Translations under genes and position numbers: made by a program
Shown: piece after piece, positions 20,296-28,019 of the stretch
Position numbering within the stretch: position 1 is the stretch's first letter
Layout: every line of letters starts with the position of its first letter
Source of the DNA: Chthoniobacteraceae bacterium
GTDB lineage: Bacteria; Verrucomicrobiota; Verrucomicrobiia; Chthoniobacterales; Chthoniobacteraceae
Direction: 5' to 3'
NCBI GenBank assembly: GCA_031409655.1
Contig: JANNXQ010000260.1
Span: 1-33,471 of the forward strand
Length of the DNA stretch: 33,471 nt
Notes under the pieces: model-generated
Databases searched by the model: none
What the model saw: the letters and a program-made list of their open reading frames with translations, nothing else
Told to the model about the DNA's origin: nothing

Positions 20296-21192
20296 ATGCG
20301 CGAGATCGGCGACATCGTGCGGGAGTTCGAGCGGCGTCGCGGCGAGCCCTTGGCGCTGGCGACGCTCGTGCGGACACGCGGCTCCAGCTATCGCCGCCCT
20401 GGCGCGCGGATGTTGATCGCCGCCGACGGCGCGACGGTCGGCTCGCTCAGTGGAGGATGCCTCGAAGAGGAGGTCGTGGAAAAAGCGCGCGAAGTGTTGC
20501 GCACCGGCGCGCCGGCGCTGATGGCGTTCGATACGCGCCGCCGATTTGGTTGCAACGGCGCCCTGGAGATTCTCGTCGAACGAGTGCGCGCAGATTTTCT
20601 CGATGAGCTGGCCGGGCATTTCCGAGCCCGCCGTCCGTGTCTGATGGCGACAGCCTCTGCGGGTGGCAGCCGGATCGTCTCGAGCGCGGACGACGCCACC
20701 GCCGCCGACCTCGTGCAAGCGCTGGAGCCCGCGCTGCAATTGCTCATCGTCGGCGAAGGCCCCGATAGCACCGCGCTCTTCTCTTTCGCGAAAGCGCTCG
20801 GCTGGACCGCCCATCCCATCGACAGCGCGGCCCAACTTGCCGCCAGTTACGATGCGTGGACTGCCGCGATCGTGAAGACGCACAACTACGGCCGCGACTT
20901 CGCCGCCCTGCGCGCGCTCTTCCCGCTGGACCTGCGCTACATCGGCCTCATCGGCCCACGCGCCCGGCGCGAGCAATTGCTCGGCGACCTCTTCGACACT
21001 GGCATCGCCGTCGGACCGAATCTCTTCGCCCCCGCCGGCCTCGATCTCGGCGGCGATGCACCCGAAGCGATCGCGCTCGCCATCGTCGCGGAAATCCAGG
21101 CCGTCTTCGCTCGCGGTTCAGGGCAATGTTTGCGCGACCGCAAGGTGCCGATTCACGCGCCACTTCCGGAATCCGCGGTGGCGCTCGGCTGA
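20296..21192 (+). CDS. xdhC: XdhC/PaoD-family molybdenum cofactor insertion chaperone
   Basis: GSSYRRPGARM, GSLSGGCLE, FGCNG, YIGLIGP, PAGLDLGGDAPEAIALAIVAEI. Confidence 0.88.
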   Translation: MREIGDIVREFERRRGEPLALATLVRTRGSSYRRPGARMLIAADGATVGSLSGGCLEEEVVEKAREVLRTGAPALMAFDTRRRFGCNGALEILVERVRADFLDELAGHFRARRPCLMATASAGGSRIVSSADDATAADLVQALEPALQLLIVGEGPDSTALFSFAKALGWTAHPIDSAAQLAASYDAWTAAIVKTHNYGRDFAALRALFPLDLRYIGLIGPRARREQLLGDLFDTGIAVGPNLFAPAGLDLGGDAPEAIALAIVAEIQAVFARGSGQCLRDRKVPIHAPLPESAVALG

Positions 21193-21194
21193 AC

Positions 21195-21830
21195 ATGGAA
21201 ACGGTCGGCGCGGTGATCCTAGCCGCTGGCAATTCCTCGCGCCTCGGTGAGCCGAAACAACTCCTGCACTACCGGGGCGAGACGCTCATCCGTCGCGCCG
21301 CGCGCGCTGCTCTCAAAGCGCATTGTGCGCCGGTGATCGTCGTCACGGGAGCCGGACATCCGCGGATCGCGGAAGAACTGGCGGCGCTGGACGTGTGCAT
21401 CCTCCATCACCCGGAATGGGCGCGCGGACTCGGCAGCTCGATCCGCGCGGGCCTGGCCAGTGCGCTCGCCGCGAGCCCCGCGCTCGACGCTCTCATGCTG
21501 ATGGTCTGCGACCAGCCCTGGGTCACCGCTGAACTCCTCACCGCGCTCGTTGCCGCCCGCACCCAGACGCGCCAGCCCGCCGCTGCTTGTGCTTATGCCG
21601 GGATCGTCGGCGTGCCCGCGCTCTTTGATCGCACGCTTTTCCCCTCCCTCGCCGCGCTCCCGGACGAGCACGGCGCCAAGCAAATCCTCGCTGCGAACGC
21701 GGAAGCCGTCGCGCGGGTTGCCTTCCCGCAAGGAGCCATCGACATCGACACCCCCGCGGACTGGCGCGCCGTGAGCGAGACCGCCGCAGCCACTGTGCGG
21801 GCTACACCTCCGCCTTCGTCCCGCGCGTGA
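21195..21830 (+). CDS. mocA: Molybdenum cofactor cytidylyltransferase (MocA-like nucleotidyltransferase)
   Basis: ILAAGNSSRLGEPKQLL, GLGSSI, CDQP, GVPALF, DIDTPAD; last gene of the pao operon. Confidence 0.82.
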   Translation: METVGAVILAAGNSSRLGEPKQLLHYRGETLIRRAARAALKAHCAPVIVVTGAGHPRIAEELAALDVCILHHPEWARGLGSSIRAGLASALAASPALDALMLMVCDQPWVTAELLTALVAARTQTRQPAAACAYAGIVGVPALFDRTLFPSLAALPDEHGAKQILAANAEAVARVAFPQGAIDIDTPADWRAVSETAAATVRATPPPSSRA

Positions 21831-22518
21831 TGCGCCACGTCGTCGTGAGCGGCTCCGCGAGCATGTCCGTGCCGGGCCAGAGGCGGGTCGCGCCGCGGAA
21901 GGCGTCCTGATTGTCTCCGCGCTCGCAGCCTGCCGGCAGTGGATCGAGGTGCTGCGCATTGCCGCCGCCGAGGGCGATGTGATCGGGCCAGAAGACGTCG
22001 CGCAGCACCGAGAGGGCGCGCTCGACACTGCGCTGCCAGCGCTTCTTGCCACCGGTGTTGAGCGCTTCCTTGCTCAGCCGATCCATGAAGGCTTCGGACT
22101 TGGAAAGGCGCAGGGTCCCGATCTCCAGCGGGACGATGGTGTCGTCGGCGATCAAGGTGGCGCCCACGCTGGTGCCGAGGCCGACGAAGAGCATCCGCCC
22201 ACCCTCGTAACGGGCCAGCGCCTGCATCGCGGCGTCGTTGATGATCCGCACGGGACGTTTCAGCGCCTTGTCGAAATCGTGGTCCATCCAGCCGCCGGAA
22301 AGATTCAGCGGATTGCGGGCGATGCGGCCCTCCCGGACCAGACCGGGGAAGCCAAGCGTGATGGCTTCGTATTCCCAGTCTTCCGTCGCGGCGAGCACGC
22401 CTTTGACCATCTTGGCCGCGGTTAGTCCACGGCCCGACGGAAACTTGCGGAAGCCTTCGTGCCCCGAAGCCATCATCTTCACGCTGGTCCCGCCCACATC
22501 GATCATCAGGACTTTCAT
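21802..22518 (-). CDS. ROK-family sugar kinase (polyphosphate glucokinase-like)
   Basis: IDVGGTSVK, LGFPG, NDAAMQA, GLGTSVG, GGGNA. Confidence 0.85.
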   Translation of the reverse strand: MKVLMIDVGGTSVKMMASGHEGFRKFPSGRGLTAAKMVKGVLAATEDWEYEAITLGFPGLVREGRIARNPLNLSGGWMDHDFDKALKRPVRIINDAAMQALARYEGGRMLFVGLGTSVGATLIADDTIVPLEIGTLRLSKSEAFMDRLSKEALNTGGKKRWQRSVERALSVLRDVFWPDHIALGGGNAQHLDPLPAGCERGDNQDAFRGATRLWPGTDMLAEPLTTTWRITRGTKAEV

Positions 22519-23210
22519 GGCTTCGCCTCCAAGGCCGCGAGCATGTGTTCGATCAATTCGGCGACGCCATCGCCGTGATCGCCGTCAGTCACGTAGGCGG
22601 CTTTCCCGCGGAGCGCGGGCAGGGCATTCGCGACAGCCACGGGATAGCCGCAGATTTCGAGGAAGGTGTGATCGTTCTCGGCGTCGCCGATGCCGGCGAT
22701 GTCTTTCGGCTCGAGGCCGAGCCGGTTCAGCGCGGCCTTCAATCCGGTGGCCTTGTTCACGCCGCTGGGCAGCACCATCACCGCACCCTTGTTGAAGATG
22801 ACCTGGAGTTCCAAGCCGAGATCCTTGATCGCTTCGAGGACCACCTTCTCATGCGGCTCCCAGGTCGCGACGATCACTTTCCCGATTTGCAGGGGCAGTC
22901 CGCGCTCATGCAGTCGCGCGATGAAGGCTGTGGGCGGCGGCTCGGCAAGTGGTTCCACTTTGCCCGTGGCGGGATCGAAGAGCACCGCGCCATTCTCCAT
23001 CACCGCGAGGTCGAACCAGCTGAGTTCCGGAAAAATCGACGCGAGTTCATTCAGCTCCCGTCCCGTCACAAGGATCAACCGTAAGCCGGCCGTTTTCAGC
23101 CGCTGCACCGCGGCCAGGGTGGACACGCTGACGGTGCCATTGTGCGCGAGCGTGCCGTCGAAGTCGGTGGCGAGCCCGCGGAGCCGTGGAACCGGAAGTC
23201 CGGGATTCAC
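22515..23210 (-). CDS. HAD-superfamily hydrolase, subfamily IIB-like
   Basis: ATDFDGTL, VTGR, ENGA, NKATGL, GDAEND, VANA; 4-nt overlap with the ROK gene. Confidence 0.88.
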   Translation of the reverse strand: MNPGLPVPRLRGLATDFDGTLAHNGTVSVSTLAAVQRLKTAGLRLILVTGRELNELASIFPELSWFDLAVMENGAVLFDPATGKVEPLAEPPPTAFIARLHERGLPLQIGKVIVATWEPHEKVVLEAIKDLGLELQVIFNKGAVMVLPSGVNKATGLKAALNRLGLEPKDIAGIGDAENDHTFLEICGYPVAVANALPALRGKAAYVTDGDHGDGVAELIEHMLAALEAKP

Positions 23211-23223
23211 GCTTTGGATTCGC

Positions 23224-23412
23224 TTAGCGGGAATCCGTGGTGGTGGTCTGCGTGCTCGTGGAATTCCGCATCGGATATTGGGAGCGTGTTTCCTCCGTGA
23301 CGGTGGTGGAGGTGGTCGTCGGTTTCTTCTCCTCGACGACGGTGGTGCAGGCGGACGCGCTCAGCATCAATCCCAGCGCGAGGACTCGAATCAGATTGGT
23401 TTGGTTGTTCAT
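23224..23412 (-). CDS. Small Thr-rich predicted lipoprotein (62 aa)
   Basis: MNNQTNLIRVLALGLMLSASA-C signal/lipobox followed by a Thr-rich tail. Confidence 0.7.
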   Translation of the reverse strand: MNNQTNLIRVLALGLMLSASACTTVVEEKKPTTTSTTVTEETRSQYPMRNSTSTQTTTTDSR

Positions 23413-23423
23413 ACAGGCGGGGA

Positions 23424-23448
23424 TTCGCCGTCGCGGTCCCGGTTGCGC
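23424..23448 (-). promoter_or_regulatory. Island bipartite motif upstream of lipoprotein-HAD-ROK operon
   Basis: gatac-GCGCAA-N14-GCGAA, 11 nt before ATG 23412. Confidence 0.75.
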
Positions 23449-23499
23449 GTATCCACTTTCAACTTTCTCGAAGGCCAGACCGTGGAGCACGCCCGGGAC

Positions 23500-23967
23500 C
23501 TACCGCCGAATCAGCAGCCCGGCAACGAAGCCGGCGAAGATGGCGGCGAGCAGGGATTCGCGCGGATTGTGCCGCACATACTCCTCGCCGTCGGCGAGAA
23601 ATCCGCGCGCCCGTTCCCGTGCCTGCCCGTAGGCCGCAGTCGCCTGCACCTTCACCTCTTCCGCCGCGGCAGTGGCTTTCGCCTTCACATCTTCGGCGAC
23701 GACACCGGCCCGGTCGCGCACGTCGCTCGCGAGGCCGCTGATCTTTTCCCTAGTCGTGTCGAGACGCTCTCCGGCCTTGGCGTGGAGCTCATCCAAGACG
23801 GTCTCCAAGTCCTGTCCAGACATGCCGAGCTTTTCGCGGAGTCGCGCGAGCAGCTCTTCGCCTTTGCCTTTCACGAAGGCGAGATCGTCGTCGGTGAGTT
23901 GCGCGAAGCGTTGCCGGAGCTGGCCTTTGATTTCGTCCCAGTGGATTTCGTAAGTGAAGCTTTTCAT
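23500..23967 (-). CDS. CsbD-family stress protein fused to a DUF883/ElaB-like C-terminus
   Basis: WDEIKGQLRQRFAQLTDDDL...G..EEL (CsbD) and EEYVRHNPRESLLAAIFAGFVAGLLIRR (DUF883 C-terminal anchor). Confidence 0.85.
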   Translation of the reverse strand: MKSFTYEIHWDEIKGQLRQRFAQLTDDDLAFVKGKGEELLARLREKLGMSGQDLETVLDELHAKAGERLDTTREKISGLASDVRDRAGVVAEDVKAKATAAAEEVKVQATAAYGQARERARGFLADGEEYVRHNPRESLLAAIFAGFVAGLLIRR

Positions 23968-23975
23968 GCCCCGTC

Positions 23976-24000
23976 ATCGCGAATGAAGTGCCGCGCGGTC
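23976..24000 (-). promoter_or_regulatory. Island bipartite motif upstream of the CsbD gene
   Basis: gacac-GACCGC-N14-GCGAT, 8 nt before ATG 23967. Confidence 0.8.
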
Positions 24001-24014
24001 GTGTCAAAGCGCAG

Positions 24015-25568
24015 CTACTTCGCCGGAGCGGCGGTGAGTTTTTCCACGATCAGACTTTCGAGGCGGGAGAAGTCCACGGGCTTGGTGAGATGCCCTGCGA
24101 AACCGGCGGCGCGGCTTTTTTCCAAATCGTGATCCATGCCGTAGCCGCTCACCGCGATGGCCTGCACCGGGCCATGCGCGCGCAGTTTCTCCAGCAGTTC
24201 CCAGCCAGTGCCGTCGGGCAGGCCGATGTCGCACACGACGAGATCGGCGGGCGCGGCGAAATACTGCTCGCAGGCGGCAGCGACGCTTCCCGCGGCGGTC
24301 ACGCCAAACCCGCGCCGACGAAGAGCGCGAGAAAGGGCGCGCCGCGTGTCTTCGTGATCTTCCACGACGAGGATGGTCTTGCCGCGCACCGCAAGCTCGG
24401 GCGTCTGCGCTGCCGCGTCGCCCACCACCGGCCCGGCCGCGCAGGTGGGCAGCGCGATCCGGAAGACGGCACCGTGGCCCTGCCCATCGCTCTCCGCGCA
24501 GATGGTGCCGCCGTGACCTTCCACGATGGCCCGGGTGATCGCGAGCCCGAGGCCGATTCCAGTGGCGGTGGGTTGCGGACGGATGGGACTGAATGCGCCG
24601 AAGATCGTGGCGAGCCGCGCGGGGTCGATGCCCATGCCGTCGTCGCTGATTTCGATGTGCAAGGTGTCCGCCTCATTGGCCGTGGTGACCGTCACGTGGC
24701 CGTGCGGACCGGTGAATTTCACGGCATTCTTGAGCAGGTTCCAAAGCATCTGATTCAAGCGCGCGAAATCCCCGGACACCGCGGAGTTCGCTGCCGCGAG
24801 CTCGGTGCGGAGGGTGATGCGTTTGTCCTCGAAGCCAGCGTGAACCACATCCAGCGCGGCCTCGATGCAGCGATGCACATCCACGGGATTGCGCTCCATC
24901 TTCAGCCGCCCGCTGGCGATCTGCGTGAGGTCGAGCAGGTCGTCGATGAGCCGGGCTTCGAGTTCCACATTGCGCTGGATCATCGCGAAGGTCTCGCGCA
25001 AGTCGGGCGCGAGCGTGGGGTCATTCACCGTGGAAGAGACCAGGGCCAGCACGGGCGTGAGCGGCGTGCGCAGTTCGTGGCTGAGCATGGCGAGGAAGTC
25101 GTCCTTGGCGGCATTGGCGGAGCGCGCCTCCACGTAGAGCCGTTCCATCTCCGCGCGCTGCGCTTCGAGTTGCCGCTCGGTTTGCATCTTGTAGATGGCG
25201 TTGTTCACCGCGAGGCGGATGGCGTCCGCGGCGGGATCGCTCTTTACCAGGCAGTCCTGCGCGCCGGCCTTCATCAGCGCCACCGCCGACATCGGGTCGC
25301 CGGCTCCGGTGAAGATGACGGTGGGCAGCGCGAGCCGGCCGCTCTCGTCGCGTGCCGCGCGGAGGAAATCGAGCGCACTGCCATCGGGCATATAGTCGTC
25401 CAGCACGACGCAATCGGGCTGGCTGTCGCGCAACCGCGCGAGCCCTTCTTCGACGGTCGCGGCTTCGACGATGCGGTAGGCAAAACTGGCATCCTGCCGG
25501 ACATGACCCGCGACCACTGCGCGATCGTCCGGGGACTCGTCGATAATGAGCAGAGTGCGTTGCTCCAT
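24015..25568 (-). CDS. Cytoplasmic hybrid histidine kinase (REC-HisKA-HATPase-REC)
   Basis: N-terminal REC (CVVLDDYMPD), LSHELRTPL, NLLKNAVKFT, DDGMGI, GIGLGL, C-terminal REC (VCDIGLPD, HLTKP); no TM helix. Confidence 0.92.
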   Translation of the reverse strand: MEQRTLLIIDESPDDRAVVAGHVRQDASFAYRIVEAATVEEGLARLRDSQPDCVVLDDYMPDGSALDFLRAARDESGRLALPTVIFTGAGDPMSAVALMKAGAQDCLVKSDPAADAIRLAVNNAIYKMQTERQLEAQRAEMERLYVEARSANAAKDDFLAMLSHELRTPLTPVLALVSSTVNDPTLAPDLRETFAMIQRNVELEARLIDDLLDLTQIASGRLKMERNPVDVHRCIEAALDVVHAGFEDKRITLRTELAAANSAVSGDFARLNQMLWNLLKNAVKFTGPHGHVTVTTANEADTLHIEISDDGMGIDPARLATIFGAFSPIRPQPTATGIGLGLAITRAIVEGHGGTICAESDGQGHGAVFRIALPTCAAGPVVGDAAAQTPELAVRGKTILVVEDHEDTRRALSRALRRRGFGVTAAGSVAAACEQYFAAPADLVVCDIGLPDGTGWELLEKLRAHGPVQAIAVSGYGMDHDLEKSRAAGFAGHLTKPVDFSRLESLIVEKLTAAPAK

Positions 25569-25589
25569 AGGTCAGGCAGGGTTGGGCGG

Positions 25590-25614
25590 ATTCATTTGCC
25601 AGAAATCGGCGCGC
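25590..25614 (-). promoter_or_regulatory. Weak variant of island motif upstream of the hybrid kinase
   Basis: cacac-GCGCGC-N14-TGAAT; upstream half good, downstream half poor. Confidence 0.3.
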
Positions 25615-25736
25615 GTGTGGCAAGCGGCTTTGCCATTCTCGAGAATCAAGCCCTGATTCGCGGCTCGGGGCTTTAGTGATCTTCCGATGCCTCCCCGTCG
25701 CGTCGGAGAAATCGGGAGGATGCGAGCGATAGATAC

Positions 25737-25761
25737 GCGCACCCGCCGCGCGCGCGGCGAT
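25737..25761 (+). promoter_or_regulatory. Island bipartite motif upstream of 25774 gene
   Basis: gatac-GCGCAC-N14-GCGAT, 12 nt before ATG 25774. Confidence 0.8.
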
Positions 25762-25773
25762 GAAGGCAGCACT

Positions 25774-26040
25774 ATGGCCAAACGATCTCAACCCACTCCG
25801 CCCAAGCTCGACGACCTGATGGTGCGGGCCGACGGCTTCGCGCGCCGCGAACCGGCGACCGCCATTGCTTCCGCCTTCGGCGCGGGCTTCCTGCTCAATC
25901 TCCTCCCACTCGGCGCGATCGCTGCCGCTCTCGTGGGCATCGCCTTCTCCCTCGTGCGACCGGCGCTGCTTTTCCTCGGCCTCTTCAAAGCCTGCGAACT
26001 TTGCCGCACCCAAACCTCCACCACTCCCAGCCATGAATGA
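25774..26040 (+). CDS. Hypothetical small membrane protein (88 aa)
   Basis: FARREPATAIASAFGAGFLL resembles DUF883-type anchors; hydrophobic segment; motif upstream. Confidence 0.7.
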   Translation: MAKRSQPTPPKLDDLMVRADGFARREPATAIASAFGAGFLLNLLPLGAIAAALVGIAFSLVRPALLFLGLFKACELCRTQTSTTPSHE

Positions 26041-26395
26041 TGCCACAAAAATAGATGAAGCCGCGATCGCCGCGACCGACAAGCGATTGGTCGGAGAAAC
26101 GCAGCCCTGCTGCGATCGGACGAACATGGTGCTCTGGGCGATTGGCGCGGGCCTGGCCATCGGGCTGATCGTGCGCGCGCTGCGCCCTGCGCCGACGCGC
26201 ACCGAGCGTGTCTCCGAGCTGCTTGCCGATCTCGAAGATCGTCTCCGCGACGCGACCCGCCCGACCTTGCGCCGCGCCAGTGCTTACGCCAGCGACGGCG
26301 CCGAGGTGCTGCGCGATCGCCTGCACAATGGCGAAGCCCGGCTCGGCCGCATTTTCCACGACGCCACCCGCGGGGTGCGCAAACTCTTTTCGTGA
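26033..26395 (+). CDS. Hypothetical protein (120 aa) with one TM helix and amphipathic tail
   Basis: 8-nt overlap with upstream gene; VLWAIGAGLAIGLIVRAL TM segment. Confidence 0.7.
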   Translation: MNDATKIDEAAIAATDKRLVGETQPCCDRTNMVLWAIGAGLAIGLIVRALRPAPTRTERVSELLADLEDRLRDATRPTLRRASAYASDGAEVLRDRLHNGEARLGRIFHDATRGVRKLFS

Positions 26396-26434
26396 GCCCT
26401 CGAACGCTCGCGGAGCGGAGGCGCACGCCCGGCA

Positions 26435-27637
26435 CTAACGATCGAAACGGAAGAGATGCGCCTCGGTATTCGGTCGGCGGAGGATGGCGTCGCGGATGAT
26501 CTCCGCGGCGACGACGCTGTAAGTCACCCCATTTCCCCCGAAGCCGAGCGTGAAGTAACACGCGGGTAACTCCGGCACGGAGCCGATGTAGGCGAGACCG
26601 TCCTTGGTTTCGCCGAAGGTGCCGCCCCACGCGTAGGCGATCTCCAGGTCGATACGCGGGAAAAGTTCGCGGAAGCGGCGGGCGAGGCGCTCGGCTTTCT
26701 TCGGCACGAGCGCGTCGCGGCGGAGCGGATTGCGGAAAGGATCGTCCTCCCCACCGACGATCGCGCGCCCGTCGTTGGTGGTGCGCATGTAGAGGTAAGG
26801 CCGCGCCGTTTCCCAGAGGAGGCACTGCTCCCACCAACCGTCGAAATTCTCCACGGGCTCGCTCACGAAGGCGAACGACGACTTCAATTCCACCACGCGG
26901 CGATCGAGTAACTCCACGGCCTCATACCCCGTGGCAAAGACCGCCCAACGCGCGCGGATGGTGTGGTCGCGGTCGGTGGTGAAGGTGACGCCGTCTTCGC
27001 GCGCGTCGTATTTCTCCACGGCCGTGCGGTCGAAGATGCGTGCGCCACGGCTCTGCGCGCGGGCGAGCAGACGGTGCGCGAGGCGGAAGGCATCCACCTC
27101 CGCCGCGGTGTGCGAGAGCAGCGCTGCGGGCCGGCTGAAGGAAAAGCGGGCGGCGATCTCCGGCTCGGTGAGGAAGGCCACGTCGATGCCCGCCGCCTGG
27201 CGCGCGTCGCATTCGGCGCGGAGGTCGGCGACTTCGGATTTCTTCGTCGCGATGTAGAGGCTCTTCTTCTTCGTGAAGCCGCAGTCGTCGCCGAGTTCGG
27301 CGCAGAGGGCTCCGACTTTCCCGATACTCTCGAGACAGACGCGATAAGCCTCTTCCGCATCGCGCTGGCCAAGGCGCTCGATCAATTCCGTCAGCGGGGT
27401 ATCGATCTCGTATTGGAGCAGTGCGGTGGTCGCGGAGGTGCTGCCGCTGGCCACTTCCCGCTTGTCCAGCACGACGACGTCGAGTCCTGCCTCCACGAGC
27501 TTGTCCGTGACGAGCGCGCCGGTGATGCCCCCGCCGAGCACCACCACTTCACATTCCACATCCTGCTTGAGCGATGGATACACGCTGAGCAGTCCGTTTT
27601 TGAGCGGCCAGAAAGGATGAGGAGAAAGCAAGTCCAT
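26435..27637 (-). CDS. FAD-dependent oxidoreductase (DAO/glycine oxidase family)
   Basis: VVVLGGGITG, SGSTSATTALLQYEID, ATGY, WGGTFGETKDGL, GFGGNG. Confidence 0.9.
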   Translation of the reverse strand: MDLLSPHPFWPLKNGLLSVYPSLKQDVECEVVVLGGGITGALVTDKLVEAGLDVVVLDKREVASGSTSATTALLQYEIDTPLTELIERLGQRDAEEAYRVCLESIGKVGALCAELGDDCGFTKKKSLYIATKKSEVADLRAECDARQAAGIDVAFLTEPEIAARFSFSRPAALLSHTAAEVDAFRLAHRLLARAQSRGARIFDRTAVEKYDAREDGVTFTTDRDHTIRARWAVFATGYEAVELLDRRVVELKSSFAFVSEPVENFDGWWEQCLLWETARPYLYMRTTNDGRAIVGGEDDPFRNPLRRDALVPKKAERLARRFRELFPRIDLEIAYAWGGTFGETKDGLAYIGSVPELPACYFTLGFGGNGVTYSVVAAEIIRDAILRRPNTEAHLFRFDR

Positions 27638-27648
27638 GAACCGCGGGT

Positions 27649-27673
27649 TACGCGGAAGAGCCCGCAAGTGGAC
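27649..27673 (-). promoter_or_regulatory. Island bipartite motif upstream of the FAD oxidoreductase
   Basis: ggcac-GTCCAC-N14-GCGTA, 11 nt before ATG 27637. Confidence 0.65.
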
Positions 27674-27690
27674 GTGCCGCTTGAAAGTGC

Positions 27691-27715
27691 GACCGGATCG
27701 CGGGCCAGCGGCGAT
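27691..27715 (+). promoter_or_regulatory. Island bipartite motif upstream of 27725 gene
   Basis: agtgc-GACCGG-N14-GCGAT, 9 nt before GTG 27725. Confidence 0.7.
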
Positions 27716-27724
27716 TCAGGGAGT

Positions 27725-27961
27725 GTGAAAGAATTCATCATCCGGCTCACCGATCCTTCCACGGTAGATCAACAACTTGCCGTGAGGGTGGCCGGGGAGG
27801 GCGATGTCGGGCGGGCTGCGCAGTTGGCGATTGACGACATGATTGCCACGCGCGGTGGCGACTTCGCGTTCCCGCTCTTCATCGACATCCACCTGGCGGA
27901 AGAGTTCCCACAGGTCGCGGCGCATTATGAGCAGGCCCAGCGGAGTGGTGCCCGAGTGTAG
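27725..27961 (+). CDS. Hypothetical protein (78 aa)
   Basis: GTG start MKEFIIRLTDPST...; fills the intergenic gap, protein-like composition, motif upstream. Confidence 0.65.
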   Translation: MKEFIIRLTDPSTVDQQLAVRVAGEGDVGRAAQLAIDDMIATRGGDFAFPLFIDIHLAEEFPQVAAHYEQAQRSGARV

Positions 27962-27985
27962 GCCACCGGGTCCGCGTTGCGCGCC

Positions 27986-28010
27986 ATCCACCAAGGGCCC
28001 CTCGCGCGAT
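27986..28010 (+). promoter_or_regulatory. Island bipartite motif upstream of yihY-like gene
   Basis: cc-ATCCAC-N14-GCGAT, 9 nt before ATG 28020. Confidence 0.6.
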
Positions 28011-28019
28011 GGAACGTCG

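Noticed and set aside
23219..23243. GCGAA 8 nt upstream of the HAD gene start
   Set aside because: The upstream hexamer position reads CCACCA, which does not fit; the gene is operon-internal
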